From positions 249,523-313,522 of the forward strand of contig CAVQXW010000004.1 in NCBI GenBank assembly GCA_963718025.1: a DNA stretch of 64,000 nt, read 5' to 3'. Position numbers and translations under genes: made by a program. Source of the stretch: an uncultured beta proteobacterium (GTDB taxonomy: Bacteria > Pseudomonadota > Gammaproteobacteria > Burkholderiales > Casimicrobiaceae). Positions 52,575 through 61,854 of the stretch are shown in pieces. Each line of letters starts with the position of its first letter. Position 1 is the first letter of the stretch. The notes below the pieces were generated by a model, which was not told the origin of the DNA, did not search any database, and was given only the letters and a program-made list of their open reading frames with translations.

Positions 52575-53636
52575 ATGCAACTTCACATGCACTGCGTAGT
52601 CTTTGCGCTCGGCTTCGTTGTCCTGCTGGCGCCGGCCAGCGCCCAGATGCCGGTCAACGACGAACCGCTGACGGACAGGTGGGCACCTAGCGAGTGGGGC
52701 CCCGACGACAAGATGGGCTCTGTCAACCGCACTACGCCTGAGCTGGTGCTGAAGGCGGTCGGACTGGTCAAGCAGGGCAAGACCGCGACGCTCGGCAAGG
52801 TGTATGCATCCGACGCGCCGGCGTTTGGCACGCGCAGCTGGCGCCTGTTCATTCCAGGCCGGCCCACCGGCGGGCCGTTCGGGCCGCAACAACTCGTCTA
52901 CAACGACGAGGTCGTCACCACCGAGCTCGGCCAGATCGGCACGCAGTTCGACGGGCCGGGGCACATCGGTGTGATCACCTCGAAGGGCCGCTACTACTAC
53001 AACGGCCGCTTCGACCACGATCCGGGCATCGGCTCGGCCGGCATGGGACCGCTCGGCGTCGAGTACGTCGCGCAGAAGGGCTTCGTCTGCCGCGGCGTGC
53101 TGCTGGATGCGGTCGCGCAGCGCGGTGCTGTGCTGCCGGTTCCCAAGGAGAACAGCTCGAGCGACCCCGGCATCGTGACCGCGAAGGACATCGAAGCGAT
53201 GGTCAAGCGGCAGGGCATCGCACCGATCGGCACCGGCGACTGCGTGTTCCTGTACACGGGCCACGGGGATCTTTGGCATCCGCGCGACTGGGACAAGTTC
53301 GACGCGGCCGAAAAGGCGAAACGCGTCGCGCAGTTCAACGCCGGTGAGCCAGGATTCGGCATTTCCGCGTGCGAATACCTCGCCGAACGCAAGATCATCC
53401 TGACCGGCGCCGACAACTGGGGCACCGAGGCGGTCGGCAAGGGCTTTGGCGGCGAGAATCCGCAGCCCTTCGAGTGCCACGTCAAGCTGCAGACCAAGCG
53501 CGGGATCTGGAACATTGAGAACCTCGACCTGTCGCAGCTAGTGGCCGACAAGGCCTACGAGTTCCTGTTCGTCTGGTCGCCACTGAAGATGAAGGGTGCC
53601 ACGGGCTCGCCGGGTAATCCGGTGGCGCTTTACTGA
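52575..53636 (+). CDS. secreted cyclase-family (kynurenine formamidase-like) protein
   Basis: signal peptide; GTQFDGPGH, GVLLD, CHVKL, IWNIENL, GATGSPGNP. Confidence 0.88.
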   Translation: MQLHMHCVVFALGFVVLLAPASAQMPVNDEPLTDRWAPSEWGPDDKMGSVNRTTPELVLKAVGLVKQGKTATLGKVYASDAPAFGTRSWRLFIPGRPTGGPFGPQQLVYNDEVVTTELGQIGTQFDGPGHIGVITSKGRYYYNGRFDHDPGIGSAGMGPLGVEYVAQKGFVCRGVLLDAVAQRGAVLPVPKENSSSDPGIVTAKDIEAMVKRQGIAPIGTGDCVFLYTGHGDLWHPRDWDKFDAAEKAKRVAQFNAGEPGFGISACEYLAERKIILTGADNWGTEAVGKGFGGENPQPFECHVKLQTKRGIWNIENLDLSQLVADKAYEFLFVWSPLKMKGATGSPGNPVALY

Positions 53637-53767
53637 AGACTTAGGCGTCGTCGCTTTTCGGCCAGAAGCGGTCGGTTTCAGCCACTGCCAGTGTCCCCTC
53701 GCAGCCGGGGCGCCCCTATGCTAGTCCAGTGTAACGGTCGAGGACAAAACGTCGCTACCGGATGCGC

Positions 53768-53950
53768 CTATTTGCGCGGCGCGGTGTCAATTACTATGCC
53801 CACTCCGGTACCAATCAGGGCACCCGACACGGGATGGCCGGTAGCAACACCAACGCCGGTACCGATCAGTCCTCCCGCGATGGTCGCGCACCCAGACAGC
53901 GCTACGACGGGAACGACTACGACAAGCAATCTCAATCTTCGAACCATCAT
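53768..53950 (-). CDS. small glycine-zipper-like lipoprotein
   Basis: LSGC lipobox; GGLIGTGVG...GALIGTGVG repeats. Confidence 0.65.
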   Translation of the reverse strand: MMVRRLRLLVVVVPVVALSGCATIAGGLIGTGVGVATGHPVSGALIGTGVGIVIDTAPRK

Positions 53951-54290
53951 CTGCCCTTTCCGCTATCGTGCTGCTGTACCCAAGCAATTGCCGCTCATGT
54001 GAGAGTTCTGACGGGGCGACGGCAGTTTCGCCCGGCGCCAAGCAAACACAAACCAACGGCCGTAGCCGGTGCTCGTTGTGGATTCTTGCATGTCTGGGCC
54101 CCAGGAATGTAACCTGCAACGTGTGCTGCCGTTGAGAGCGTTGGCCGCTCGCGGCGTCCGGCATCGGTGTGGGTAGCAGCTTACGGCCAGCTGCAGCCGT
54201 AACGCGCTGCGCCGCATAGCGGTCTTTGATCGGGGCTTGTCGGCCACGGGTGATCAATCAAACATTCGGCCTGGGTGCCATAGGTAGGCC

Positions 54291-54392
54291 TCGCCTCGGA
54301 TGGGTGCCGCTTGCCGTGGAAATGGACGAAGCGTTTAATCCCGTCGAAGTAAGGTTGCTCGGTGCATGGGCCGTGGTGTTTGACGCAGATGA
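54291..54392 (-). pseudogene. integron integrase (IntI) N-terminal remnant
   Basis: KHHGPCTEQPYFDGIKRFVHFHGKRHPSE resembles the IntI consensus KHYSxRTEQAYxxWIKRFxxFHGKRHPxE. Confidence 0.7.
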
Positions 54393-55594
54393 CGTGCTGT
54401 TCCAAAACTCAGCCGAACGTACGTGGGCTAATGCGATCTCGCTGCTACGGTTGACGTTGTGAAGATAAGTAGCCAACATTTATCTCGATGGCTGCCTCGA
54501 CAACTCTGCTGCAATTCCTGCTGATGGTGGTCGCCGGTTGGCTGCACAGGCAACAGGCGGCGACGATCGACTATCTGAAAGCGGAAAACCGCATGCTTCA
54601 CGCGCGCCTTGGTGGGAGGCGCATCGTCTTCACGGACGCCGAACGCCGGCAACTTGCCGAGAAGGCGAGGGCGCTTGGGCGCAAAGCGCTGCACGAGCTT
54701 GGCACGATCGTTACGCCCGACACATTGCTTCGCTGGCACCGCGAGCTGGTGGCACAGAAGTGGACGTTCGTTGAGAGACGCAGTCCCGGTCGGCCGCGCA
54801 TCCGTGCAGAGCTGGTTGCGCTGGTGCTGCGTATGGCAAAGGAGAATCGCGGCTGGGGCTACACGCGGATCCAGGGGGCGATGGCGAATCTCGGTCATAC
54901 GCTGGGCCGGGGGACCATTGGCCGGATTCTGAAAGATCACGGGATCGAGCCGGCCCCTGAGCGCGGTAAAGGAATGTCCTGGTCAGTGTTTTTGAAAGCA
55001 CACTGGAAGGTGTTGGCAGCGACCGACTTTTTCACGGTTGAGGTGTGGAGTTGGTCCGGGCTCGTCACCTACTACGTGCTGTTTGTCATGGAACTGGCGA
55101 CGCGGCGCATCTGTATTGCTGGTATCACGATACATCCGGACACCCACTGGATGTTGCAGATGGCAAGGCAGCTCACGGACGGAGTCGACGGAATTCTCCT
55201 CGACAAGCGATACATTATTTTGGACCGTGACACGAAGTACTGCCAAGCGTTCCGCGACTTCTTGAAGCGCGAGGGCATCGCAGTGATTCGGCTGCCACCG
55301 CGATCTCCGAATCTCAATGCGCACGCGGAAAGATGGGTGCGCGGGATCCGCGATGAATGCCTATCGAGGCTGATCCCGATTGGGCAGGGAATGCTGCGCC
55401 GTGCCCTTCGAGAATACGGTGCGCATTTTCATCGAGAGCGCAATCACCAAGGCCTCGGCAATGTGCTGATCATGCCGGACACCTCCTCCCAACAGCGAGG
55501 AGCACCGGTTATTCGTCGTGCTCGACTTGGAGGATTGCTCAATTACTATGAGCGAGCGGCTGCATAGCATTCGGCAGAGTTTTGGAACATCACG
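54393..55594 (+). mobile_element. IS-like element with rve/integrase-core transposase (IS481/IS3-like)
   Basis: IRs CGTGcTGTTCCAAAACTCaGCCGAA (54393-54417) and 55570-55594, 2 mismatches; no target duplication seen. Confidence 0.75.
54488..55567 (+). CDS. integrase core domain (rve) transposase
   Basis: WGYTRIQG HTH, ATDFFTV, LDRDTKY, NAHAERWV, YHRERNHQG-like motif. Confidence 0.88.
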   Translation: MAASTTLLQFLLMVVAGWLHRQQAATIDYLKAENRMLHARLGGRRIVFTDAERRQLAEKARALGRKALHELGTIVTPDTLLRWHRELVAQKWTFVERRSPGRPRIRAELVALVLRMAKENRGWGYTRIQGAMANLGHTLGRGTIGRILKDHGIEPAPERGKGMSWSVFLKAHWKVLAATDFFTVEVWSWSGLVTYYVLFVMELATRRICIAGITIHPDTHWMLQMARQLTDGVDGILLDKRYIILDRDTKYCQAFRDFLKREGIAVIRLPPRSPNLNAHAERWVRGIRDECLSRLIPIGQGMLRRALREYGAHFHRERNHQGLGNVLIMPDTSSQQRGAPVIRRARLGGLLNYYERAAA

Positions 55595-55742
55595 CCCTGT
55601 GGAACAGGAGCAGCGTTGTCGGGTTGACCAGCACACCCAGCTTCGGAATCCGGCGCGGGCACACGAACAGCGTCGTCAGCCCGAGCGCCACGCGATCGAG
55701 CGTGGTCAGATTCGAGGCGCGGCCTCGCGAGCGATTACTGAT
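55592..55742 (-). pseudogene. fragment of a second rve-type transposase
   Basis: minus frame SNRSRGRASNLTTLDRVALGLTTLFVCPRRIPKLGVLVNPTTLLLFHRA resembles the N-terminal region of this family. Confidence 0.5.
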
Positions 55743-55784
55743 ATCTCTGTCGCAGCCTCGATCCGGTGTCGGCGGAGTACTGAC

Positions 55785-56357
55785 TCAGGCCGGCCAGGCA
55801 TGCTCGCGGCAGATGTGCCGGGAGTCGTCTTCCGAGAGCTCCTCTCCCGTCAGCCCGCAGCGGAAGCCGGACGGCTCGCGCCTGAACTGCGTGCAGGTTC
55901 GGCACACGCCGAAGCTGCGGCTGCCGCCCGCCCGCTGGAAGTCGAGGAGTACCGCCTGCAAGACCCGCCGGGCGGTCGAGACGTCCGCTTTGGGGAGACC
56001 CGCCAGCGCTTTCTCCCAGGCGGCGCCCAGTAGTCCCTCGGTCGCCACCAGCTTCTCGCCGCGTCGCGACAATCGCAGCCGAACCACGCGCCCATCCCGC
56101 TCGTCGGCGTAGCGCTCCAGCAACCCCCGGCGGTAGAGAACGAGCAAGCTCTGGGATACGGTGCCCTTGGTGGAGCCCAGGTACTCGGCCAGCGCCTGGG
56201 GCGTGTTGCTGTAACGGTTGGCCTCACGCAGGTACATGAGCGCCTGCAGGTGCACCGGCTGGAGGCTGCTCGCGGCGCCGCGGGCACGCAGATCGCTGCG
56301 GATCAGGCGTCCGAGGCATTCGACGAGTTCGAGCAGCGCGCGGCTGTTCCCGTTCAT
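55785..56357 (-). CDS. MarR family regulator with C-terminal Cys cluster
   Basis: TPQALAEYLGSTKGTVSQSL...DERDGRVVRLRLS; CRTC...CGL...C. Confidence 0.9.
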   Translation of the reverse strand: MNGNSRALLELVECLGRLIRSDLRARGAASSLQPVHLQALMYLREANRYSNTPQALAEYLGSTKGTVSQSLLVLYRRGLLERYADERDGRVVRLRLSRRGEKLVATEGLLGAAWEKALAGLPKADVSTARRVLQAVLLDFQRAGGSRSFGVCRTCTQFRREPSGFRCGLTGEELSEDDSRHICREHAWPA

Positions 56358-56366
56358 CCGCGAATC

Positions 56367-56431
56367 GTATCGGGGCGATACCAGATTGACAAGGCCCGGA
56401 GGCGGCCCTAGACTTAGTATCGCATCGCTAC
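56367..56431. promoter_or_regulatory. divergent promoter region with two candidate MarR operators
   Basis: GTATCG-N3-CGATAC (56367-56381) and GTATCG-N3-CGCTAC (56417-56431); TTGACA(56386)-17-TAGACT(56409). Confidence 0.65.
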
Positions 56432-56478
56432 CATATCGCGACGTACATCCATATCCTGTCAAACTTGGGAGACAACCC

Positions 56479-56958
56479 ATGATGAAGTCGGCCTTCGCCC
56501 TGATCGCCGCGCTCGCCGCGGCCCCCGCCCTCGCCGCCGATTCCTCCGCCGTCGCCTATCCGGACGGCTACCGGAGCTGGGATCACGTCAAGTCCATGGT
56601 GATCAACAAGGGACACCCGCTCTACGACGCCGTGGGCGGCATCCATAGCATCTATGGCAACCCAAAGGCGATGAACGGCTACAAGGGCGGCAAGAAATTC
56701 GCCGATGGCAGCGTCATCGTGTTCGACCTGTTCGAGGCGGTCGACAAGGACAACGCGGTATCCGAGGGCAACCGGAAGGCCGTCGTCGTGATGGCCAAGG
56801 ACAGCAAGAAGTTCAAGGACACCAACAGCTGGGGCTACCAGGTGATCGACCCGAAGACGAAGAAGGGCACGATCGACGCCAAGGGCGCGGCCGGCTGCCA
56901 TGGCTGCCACACGCAGGTGAAGGACCAGGACTACGTCTTCAGCTCCTGGCGCGAGTAA
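56479..56958 (+). CDS. cytochrome P460/c'-beta family protein
   Basis: signal peptide; YPDGYRSW, FADGSVIVFD, WGY, C-terminal GCHGCH heme motif, DYVF. Confidence 0.88.
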   Translation: MMKSAFALIAALAAAPALAADSSAVAYPDGYRSWDHVKSMVINKGHPLYDAVGGIHSIYGNPKAMNGYKGGKKFADGSVIVFDLFEAVDKDNAVSEGNRKAVVVMAKDSKKFKDTNSWGYQVIDPKTKKGTIDAKGAAGCHGCHTQVKDQDYVFSSWRE

Positions 56959-57003
56959 TCCCCGCCGAGGCAGCCGTTCCGCGCGCGTCCCCGCACCGGC
57001 CTT

Positions 57004-57081
57004 CGGCTGCCACGGGCCGCGCGCGCTGCCACATGCAGTGAAGGACCAGGACGGCGTCTTCCGTTCCTGGCGCGAGTAATC
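57004..57081 (+). repeat. degenerate tandem copy of the cytochrome gene 3' end
   Basis: GAAGGACCAGGAC..CGTCTTC..TCCTGGCGCGAGTAATC matches 56892-56960. Confidence 0.8.
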
Positions 57082-57361
57082 GGCGAGCACCTCGTGGTGC
57101 ACGTCCGATCGGTGCCGGGCGGCCCACATCAGGGGTATTCGCTTGCACCTGTCTTAGCCTGATCGAATATACGCGGAGGACAACTCACGGAATTGCTCGA
57201 TCGCACCGGCCTTGGATTGGTTTCCATCGACCACCATCGATGGATGATCGATCCAACCTGCCCCTATTCAGCCTCCTATAGCATTGGAAGAGACTGCCGC
57301 TTGCGCGGCGCTGGAATTGCAGGTTCAATAGCGCGGCCCCGCATTGCAAGGGCTCTTCAAC

Positions 57362-58030
57362 ATGGCCACGAAGACGATCGCTGCCGAACCATTCCCGCTT
57401 GCCTTCGACCCAGGGACGTCGGCGCTGGTCATGATCGACATGCAACGGGACTTCGTTGAGCCGAAGGGCTTCGGCGAATTGCTGGGCAACGACGTATCCA
57501 TGGTTCGGACCGCGATCGGGCCCTGCAGGGCTGTCCTCGCGGCCGCCCGCAGGTCCGGAATGCTGGTGCTCCATACGCGCGAAGGTCATCGCCCCGACCT
57601 GTCGGACTGCCCGCCGGCCAAGCTCACGCGCGGTGGTAAGACTTTCATCGGAACCGAGGGCCCGATGGGTCGCATTCTCGTGCGTGGCGAGAAGGGACAC
57701 GACATCATTCCCGAACTCTATCCGATCGCCGGCGAACCGGTGATCGACAAACCCGGCAAGGGTGCGTTCTTTGCCACCGACCTCGAACTGATTCTGCGCG
57801 ATCGCGCGATCAGGACGCTGTTTGTTTGCGGAGTGACCACCGAGGTCTGCGTCAATACGACCGTGCGCGAGGCCAACGACCGCGGCTTCGAGTGCGTCGT
57901 GCTCGAGGATTGCGTGGGCTCGTACTTCCCCGAATTCCAGGACTACGCGCTGCGAATGATCAAGGCCCAGGGCGCTATTTTCGGCTGGGTCTCGAATTCG
58001 AAAAACGCCATCGCCGCCATAGAGTCCTGA
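57362..58030 (+). CDS. isochorismatase-superfamily amidohydrolase, triuret/biuret hydrolase (TrtA/BiuH) group
   Basis: IDMQRDF (Asp), DKPGKGAF (Lys), TEVCV (Cys), AQGAIFG. Confidence 0.85.
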   Translation: MATKTIAAEPFPLAFDPGTSALVMIDMQRDFVEPKGFGELLGNDVSMVRTAIGPCRAVLAAARRSGMLVLHTREGHRPDLSDCPPAKLTRGGKTFIGTEGPMGRILVRGEKGHDIIPELYPIAGEPVIDKPGKGAFFATDLELILRDRAIRTLFVCGVTTEVCVNTTVREANDRGFECVVLEDCVGSYFPEFQDYALRMIKAQGAIFGWVSNSKNAIAAIES

Positions 58031-58863
58031 TGCACGTAGCGGTGGTCGCGTCCGCCGGCCCGCTTGCCCGCATCGACGGGGTTCGTGGCGTGGTGCACGC
58101 AGTGTTCCCGGGTTCGGTCCTCGTCGCGAGGTCCGACGGACCCCTGCTGGTCGTCCACGGTCCAGGCCACGGCCATACACCCACCTCGCTGATCGTCGAA
58201 GGCGCGCGCCGTGGTCAATGGGGTACGGCGCCGGGCGATGTCGTGACAGGCGGACTCGGCCACCTGCGGTTCGGAAGCACGCTGCTTGATGGCCGCCAGG
58301 CCCGGGTCTGGCGGCCGCGCCGGGCGGTCCGCTGCGGCGCCGTTGCGGCGGCCGAGGCGCTCCCCGCGATCGTCCACACGGTCCCTGTTGACGCATTGGC
58401 GAGGCTCGATTCGGATTGCCGACGACTCGCCACTGCGCTAGCCATCGACGACGTCCCTGCGGTCTGCGCGTGCACGCGCGCCCTCGTCGGCAACGGGCCG
58501 GGGCTCACGCCGTCTGGAGACGACGCGATCGTGGGGCTGCTCGCCGTCCTGCATCGGGCCGGCCCGATAGAGCTCTGTGCGCGCCCGCTGCGCCTTATCG
58601 GTAACATCCTGGACGCTTTGCTGTGCCGCACGACTTCCGTCGGCGCGCACTACCTGCGCCTGGCGATCGATGGCCACTTCGGCGAGCATCTCACCGACCT
58701 TGTCGACGCGTTGGGCTCCGAGGGCGGTGCAAGCCCCGAGCGCGTGGCCCGGGTGCGCGCCACCGGCGCCACGTCGGGCGCCGACGCGCTCGTCGGTGTG
58801 GTCGCCGGTCTGCGCCTGCTGCGCGACCTCTCGTCAACCCCTCGGCGCAAGGACAAGGCATGA
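58030..58863 (+). CDS. DUF2877 family (YlbF/AllH-like) protein
   Basis: GNGPGLTPSGDDAIVG, GATSGAD; TGATG coupling to the hydrolase gene. Confidence 0.88.
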   Translation: MHVAVVASAGPLARIDGVRGVVHAVFPGSVLVARSDGPLLVVHGPGHGHTPTSLIVEGARRGQWGTAPGDVVTGGLGHLRFGSTLLDGRQARVWRPRRAVRCGAVAAAEALPAIVHTVPVDALARLDSDCRRLATALAIDDVPAVCACTRALVGNGPGLTPSGDDAIVGLLAVLHRAGPIELCARPLRLIGNILDALLCRTTSVGAHYLRLAIDGHFGEHLTDLVDALGSEGGASPERVARVRATGATSGADALVGVVAGLRLLRDLSSTPRRKDKA

Positions 58864-60419
58864 CGGCCAGGCACCGCATCGTGGCCAACCTCTACAAGGA
58901 TTCCGTCGCGCTGATGGCGATATCGTCGAAGCTGCTCGCGCTGGAAGGACTCGATGGCGCCTCCGTCGTGATGGCGACGCCGACCAACCTCCAGAACCTG
59001 GTCGCGGCCGGCCTCGGCGAGGACCTAGCCGCCACCAAGCCTTCCGACCTCGTCGTCGCCGTCGCCGGCACCGATACCGCATGCGACGCAGCGCTTGCCC
59101 TGGCCGAAGAATTGCTCGCCGAGCAACTTCCGGGCGACGGCGGTAGCGTGGCGGAACAGCCGCCATCCAGCCTGCAGATGGCGGCCACCCGAGACCCGGG
59201 GGTGAACTTCGCGCTGGTGTCCGTTCCCGGCACCTACGCCGCGGCCGAGGCCCTGAAGGCGCTGCGCCTAGGCATGAGCGTCATGGTATTCAGCGACAAC
59301 GTACCGCAGGACCAGGAACTTGCCATCAAGCAGTATGCGGCCCAGCACGGATTGATGGTGATGGGCCCCGACTGCGGCACGGCGATCGTGAACGGACTTC
59401 CGTTGGGCTTCGCGAATGTCGTGCGGCGCGGCCCGATAGGCGTCGTTGGCGCGTCGGGAACGGGCATGCAGGAGGTCACGAGCCGGATTCACAACTTGGG
59501 GTCCGGTATCTCGCAGGCGCTCGGCACCGGCGGCCACGACCTCAGCGAGGCCATCGGTGGCATCTCGATGCTTGCAGGACTGCGGGCGCTCGAACGCGAT
59601 TCCGAGACCAAGGTCATCGTCCTCGTCTCCAAGCCGCCGGCGCCCGCCGTGGCGCGGCGCGTGCTCGATCAAGCCCGGGCGATGACGACGCCGCTGGTCG
59701 TGGTCTTCCTCGGGGCCGATCCGGCCTCGTTCAGCGACGATGTCGTTTGCGGTGCGACTACCCTGGCCGGCGCCGCCGACATGGCAGTGGCACTGGCCTC
59801 CGGGCGGCGCCCCGAACCGGAAGAGTCCGGCATCGCTCCGACGGTCCGCGGCCGGCTCGACGACGCCGCCAGACGCATGGCACCGGACCAACGATTCATC
59901 CGCGGTGTTTTCTGCGGTGGCACGTTTTGCTTCGAGGCGCAGTTCATCTGCCAGGCCGAGGGCCTCCGTGCGTGGTCCAACACGCCCGTGGCGGGCAATC
60001 CGGCGCTGGACGACATCCGCGTGAGCAGGGAGCACACCATCGTCGACATGGGCGACGACGCGTTCACGCAGGGCCGCCCCCACCCGATGATCGACCCGTC
60101 GCAGCGCAACGAGCGCATCGAACGCGATGCAGCGGATCCCGCGACCGCCGTGGTGCTCGTCGACGTGGTACTCGGCTACGGATCGGCGGCCGACCCGACA
60201 TCGCGCCTGATCGAGGTTCTCGACCACGCTCGCAGTTCGGCCAAGAACGCGGGGCGCTACCTCGCCGTGATCGCCCATGTTTGTGGTACCGACGCCGATC
60301 CGCAGAACCGCAAGGACACGATCGCCAAGCTGCACGGCGTCGGTGCGCTGGTTGCATCCAGCAATACCGAGGCGGCCACCTGGGCATCTTATCTCGCCAC
60401 CCGGCTGGCAGCGCGCTGA
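58860..60419 (+). CDS. fdrA: FdrA family acyl-CoA synthetase-like protein (AllF-like)
   Basis: YKDSVALM, MGPDCGT, GASGTGMQE, GTGGHDL, GRPHPMIDP. Confidence 0.92.
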   Translation: MTARHRIVANLYKDSVALMAISSKLLALEGLDGASVVMATPTNLQNLVAAGLGEDLAATKPSDLVVAVAGTDTACDAALALAEELLAEQLPGDGGSVAEQPPSSLQMAATRDPGVNFALVSVPGTYAAAEALKALRLGMSVMVFSDNVPQDQELAIKQYAAQHGLMVMGPDCGTAIVNGLPLGFANVVRRGPIGVVGASGTGMQEVTSRIHNLGSGISQALGTGGHDLSEAIGGISMLAGLRALERDSETKVIVLVSKPPAPAVARRVLDQARAMTTPLVVVFLGADPASFSDDVVCGATTLAGAADMAVALASGRRPEPEESGIAPTVRGRLDDAARRMAPDQRFIRGVFCGGTFCFEAQFICQAEGLRAWSNTPVAGNPALDDIRVSREHTIVDMGDDAFTQGRPHPMIDPSQRNERIERDAADPATAVVLVDVVLGYGSAADPTSRLIEVLDHARSSAKNAGRYLAVIAHVCGTDADPQNRKDTIAKLHGVGALVASSNTEAATWASYLATRLAAR

Positions 60420-60429
60420 AGGAGCACCC

Positions 60430-61854
60430 ATGCACGAGCTGTTCACCCGGGAGCTCCGCATCGTCAACGTCGGCCTGTCGAGCTTTGCCGAGAACGTCGT
60501 CAATGCCGGCGGCCACGCCGTCCAGCTGGCGTGGCGCCCGCCCGCGGGCGGGGACGTCGACTCCGGGTGGACGCTCGCGCGATTGATCACCGATCCGCTC
60601 GTCGAGAGCGCCAATCGCACCGCTTTCGCGCGCTACCTCGAGGCCCAGCCCGTCCTGGTCGACGTCGTGCTCGCGCGAGAAGCCGCGCCCGCCCTGAACG
60701 GCGAGCGCCGGATCCTTCACGCCGGTCCGCCGATCGCATGGGCCGACATGTGCGGCCCGGTCAAGGGTGCGATCGCCGGGGCCATCGTGTACGAGGGCTG
60801 GGCCGCGTCATCCGAAGAGGCGATGGACCTCGCCGCGGCTGGCAAGGTCGCGATGGGGCCAGCGCACGATCATGGCGCTGTGGGGCCGATGGCGGGCATC
60901 ATCAGTCCGTCGATGCCCGTGTGGTTGGTGGAGAACACCTCCGCCGGCAATCGGGCGTTCTGCAATTTCAACGAGGGGCTCGGCAAGGTGCTGCGCTTTG
61001 GCGCCAATGGTCCGGCGGTGATCGAGCGCCTGCAGTGGATGGGCACCGAGCTCTACGAGGTGATGCGCGCCGCGGTGCGCCGTCTCGGCCGCCTGGAACT
61101 CAAGCCGCTGATCGCCCAGGCCCTGCACATGGGTGACGAAGTGCACAACCGCAATGCCGCTGCGACGGGGCTGCTGCTCAAGCGCCTGCTGCCGGCGCTG
61201 CTCGCAACCGATGCGGCGAACGACCGGCTGCGCAGGGTGATCGAATTCGTGGCCGGCAATGATCACTTCTTCCTCAACTTGTCGATGGCGAGCTGCAAAG
61301 CCATGCTCGACGCCGCCGCCGGGGTGCCCGGCAGCTCGATGGTGACCGTGATGGCCCGCAACGGCGTGAACTTCGGCATCCAGCTCAGCGGCACCGGGCA
61401 CCAGTGGTTCCAGGCGCCGGCCAATCCGGTCGACGGCCTGTTCTTCCCCGGCTATGGCGTCAAGGATGCCGCAGCCGACCTCGGCGACAGCGCGATCACC
61501 GAAACCGCCGGACTTGGCGGGTTCGCAATGGCAGCAGCCCCCGCCATCGTGCAGTTCGTCGGCGGCACGCCGGCCGATGCCACCGAGAACAGCCGCCGGA
61601 TGCGCACGATCACCGTCGGCACCAACGCGGCTTTTACGCTGCCCGCGCTCAACTTCGGACCGACGGCGGCAGGCATCGACGCCAGACTGGTGCTCGACTC
61701 GGGTGTGCTGCCGATCATCAACACCGGCATTGCGCATCGCGATGCCGGTGTCGGCCAGATCGGCGCGGGTGTCACGACGGCCCCGATGGACTGCTTCATC
61801 GGCGCCATCGACGCGCTGGGTGCTGCCATGCCGGCGACAGAGGTGCGCCGGTGA
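60430..61854 (+). CDS. DUF1116 family (YlbE/AllG-like) protein
   Basis: HAGPP, GPMAG, NEGLGKVLRFG, GDEVHNRN, DLGDSAITET, INTGIAH. Confidence 0.9.
   Translation: MHELFTRELRIVNVGLSSFAENVVNAGGHAVQLAWRPPAGGDVDSGWTLARLITDPLVESANRTAFARYLEAQPVLVDVVLAREAAPALNGERRILHAGPPIAWADMCGPVKGAIAGAIVYEGWAASSEEAMDLAAAGKVAMGPAHDHGAVGPMAGIISPSMPVWLVENTSAGNRAFCNFNEGLGKVLRFGANGPAVIERLQWMGTELYEVMRAAVRRLGRLELKPLIAQALHMGDEVHNRNAAATGLLLKRLLPALLATDAANDRLRRVIEFVAGNDHFFLNLSMASCKAMLDAAAGVPGSSMVTVMARNGVNFGIQLSGTGHQWFQAPANPVDGLFFPGYGVKDAAADLGDSAITETAGLGGFAMAAAPAIVQFVGGTPADATENSRRMRTITVGTNAAFTLPALNFGPTAAGIDARLVLDSGVLPIINTGIAHRDAGVGQIGAGVTTAPMDCFIGAIDALGAAMPATEVRR

Larger units (their letters stand above)
27301..57100. mobile_element. 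mosaic genomic island at tRNA-Arg (right end not defined)
   Basis: integrase remnant next to the tRNA 3' end, several ISs, pseudogenes, arsenic cargo; no attR copy found. Confidence 0.6.

Noticed and set aside
36860-55785. Classical attC sites
   Set aside because: No convincing RYYYAAC...GTTRRRY pair with inner L boxes after the stop codons; GTTAGCC near 36899 fails the consensus
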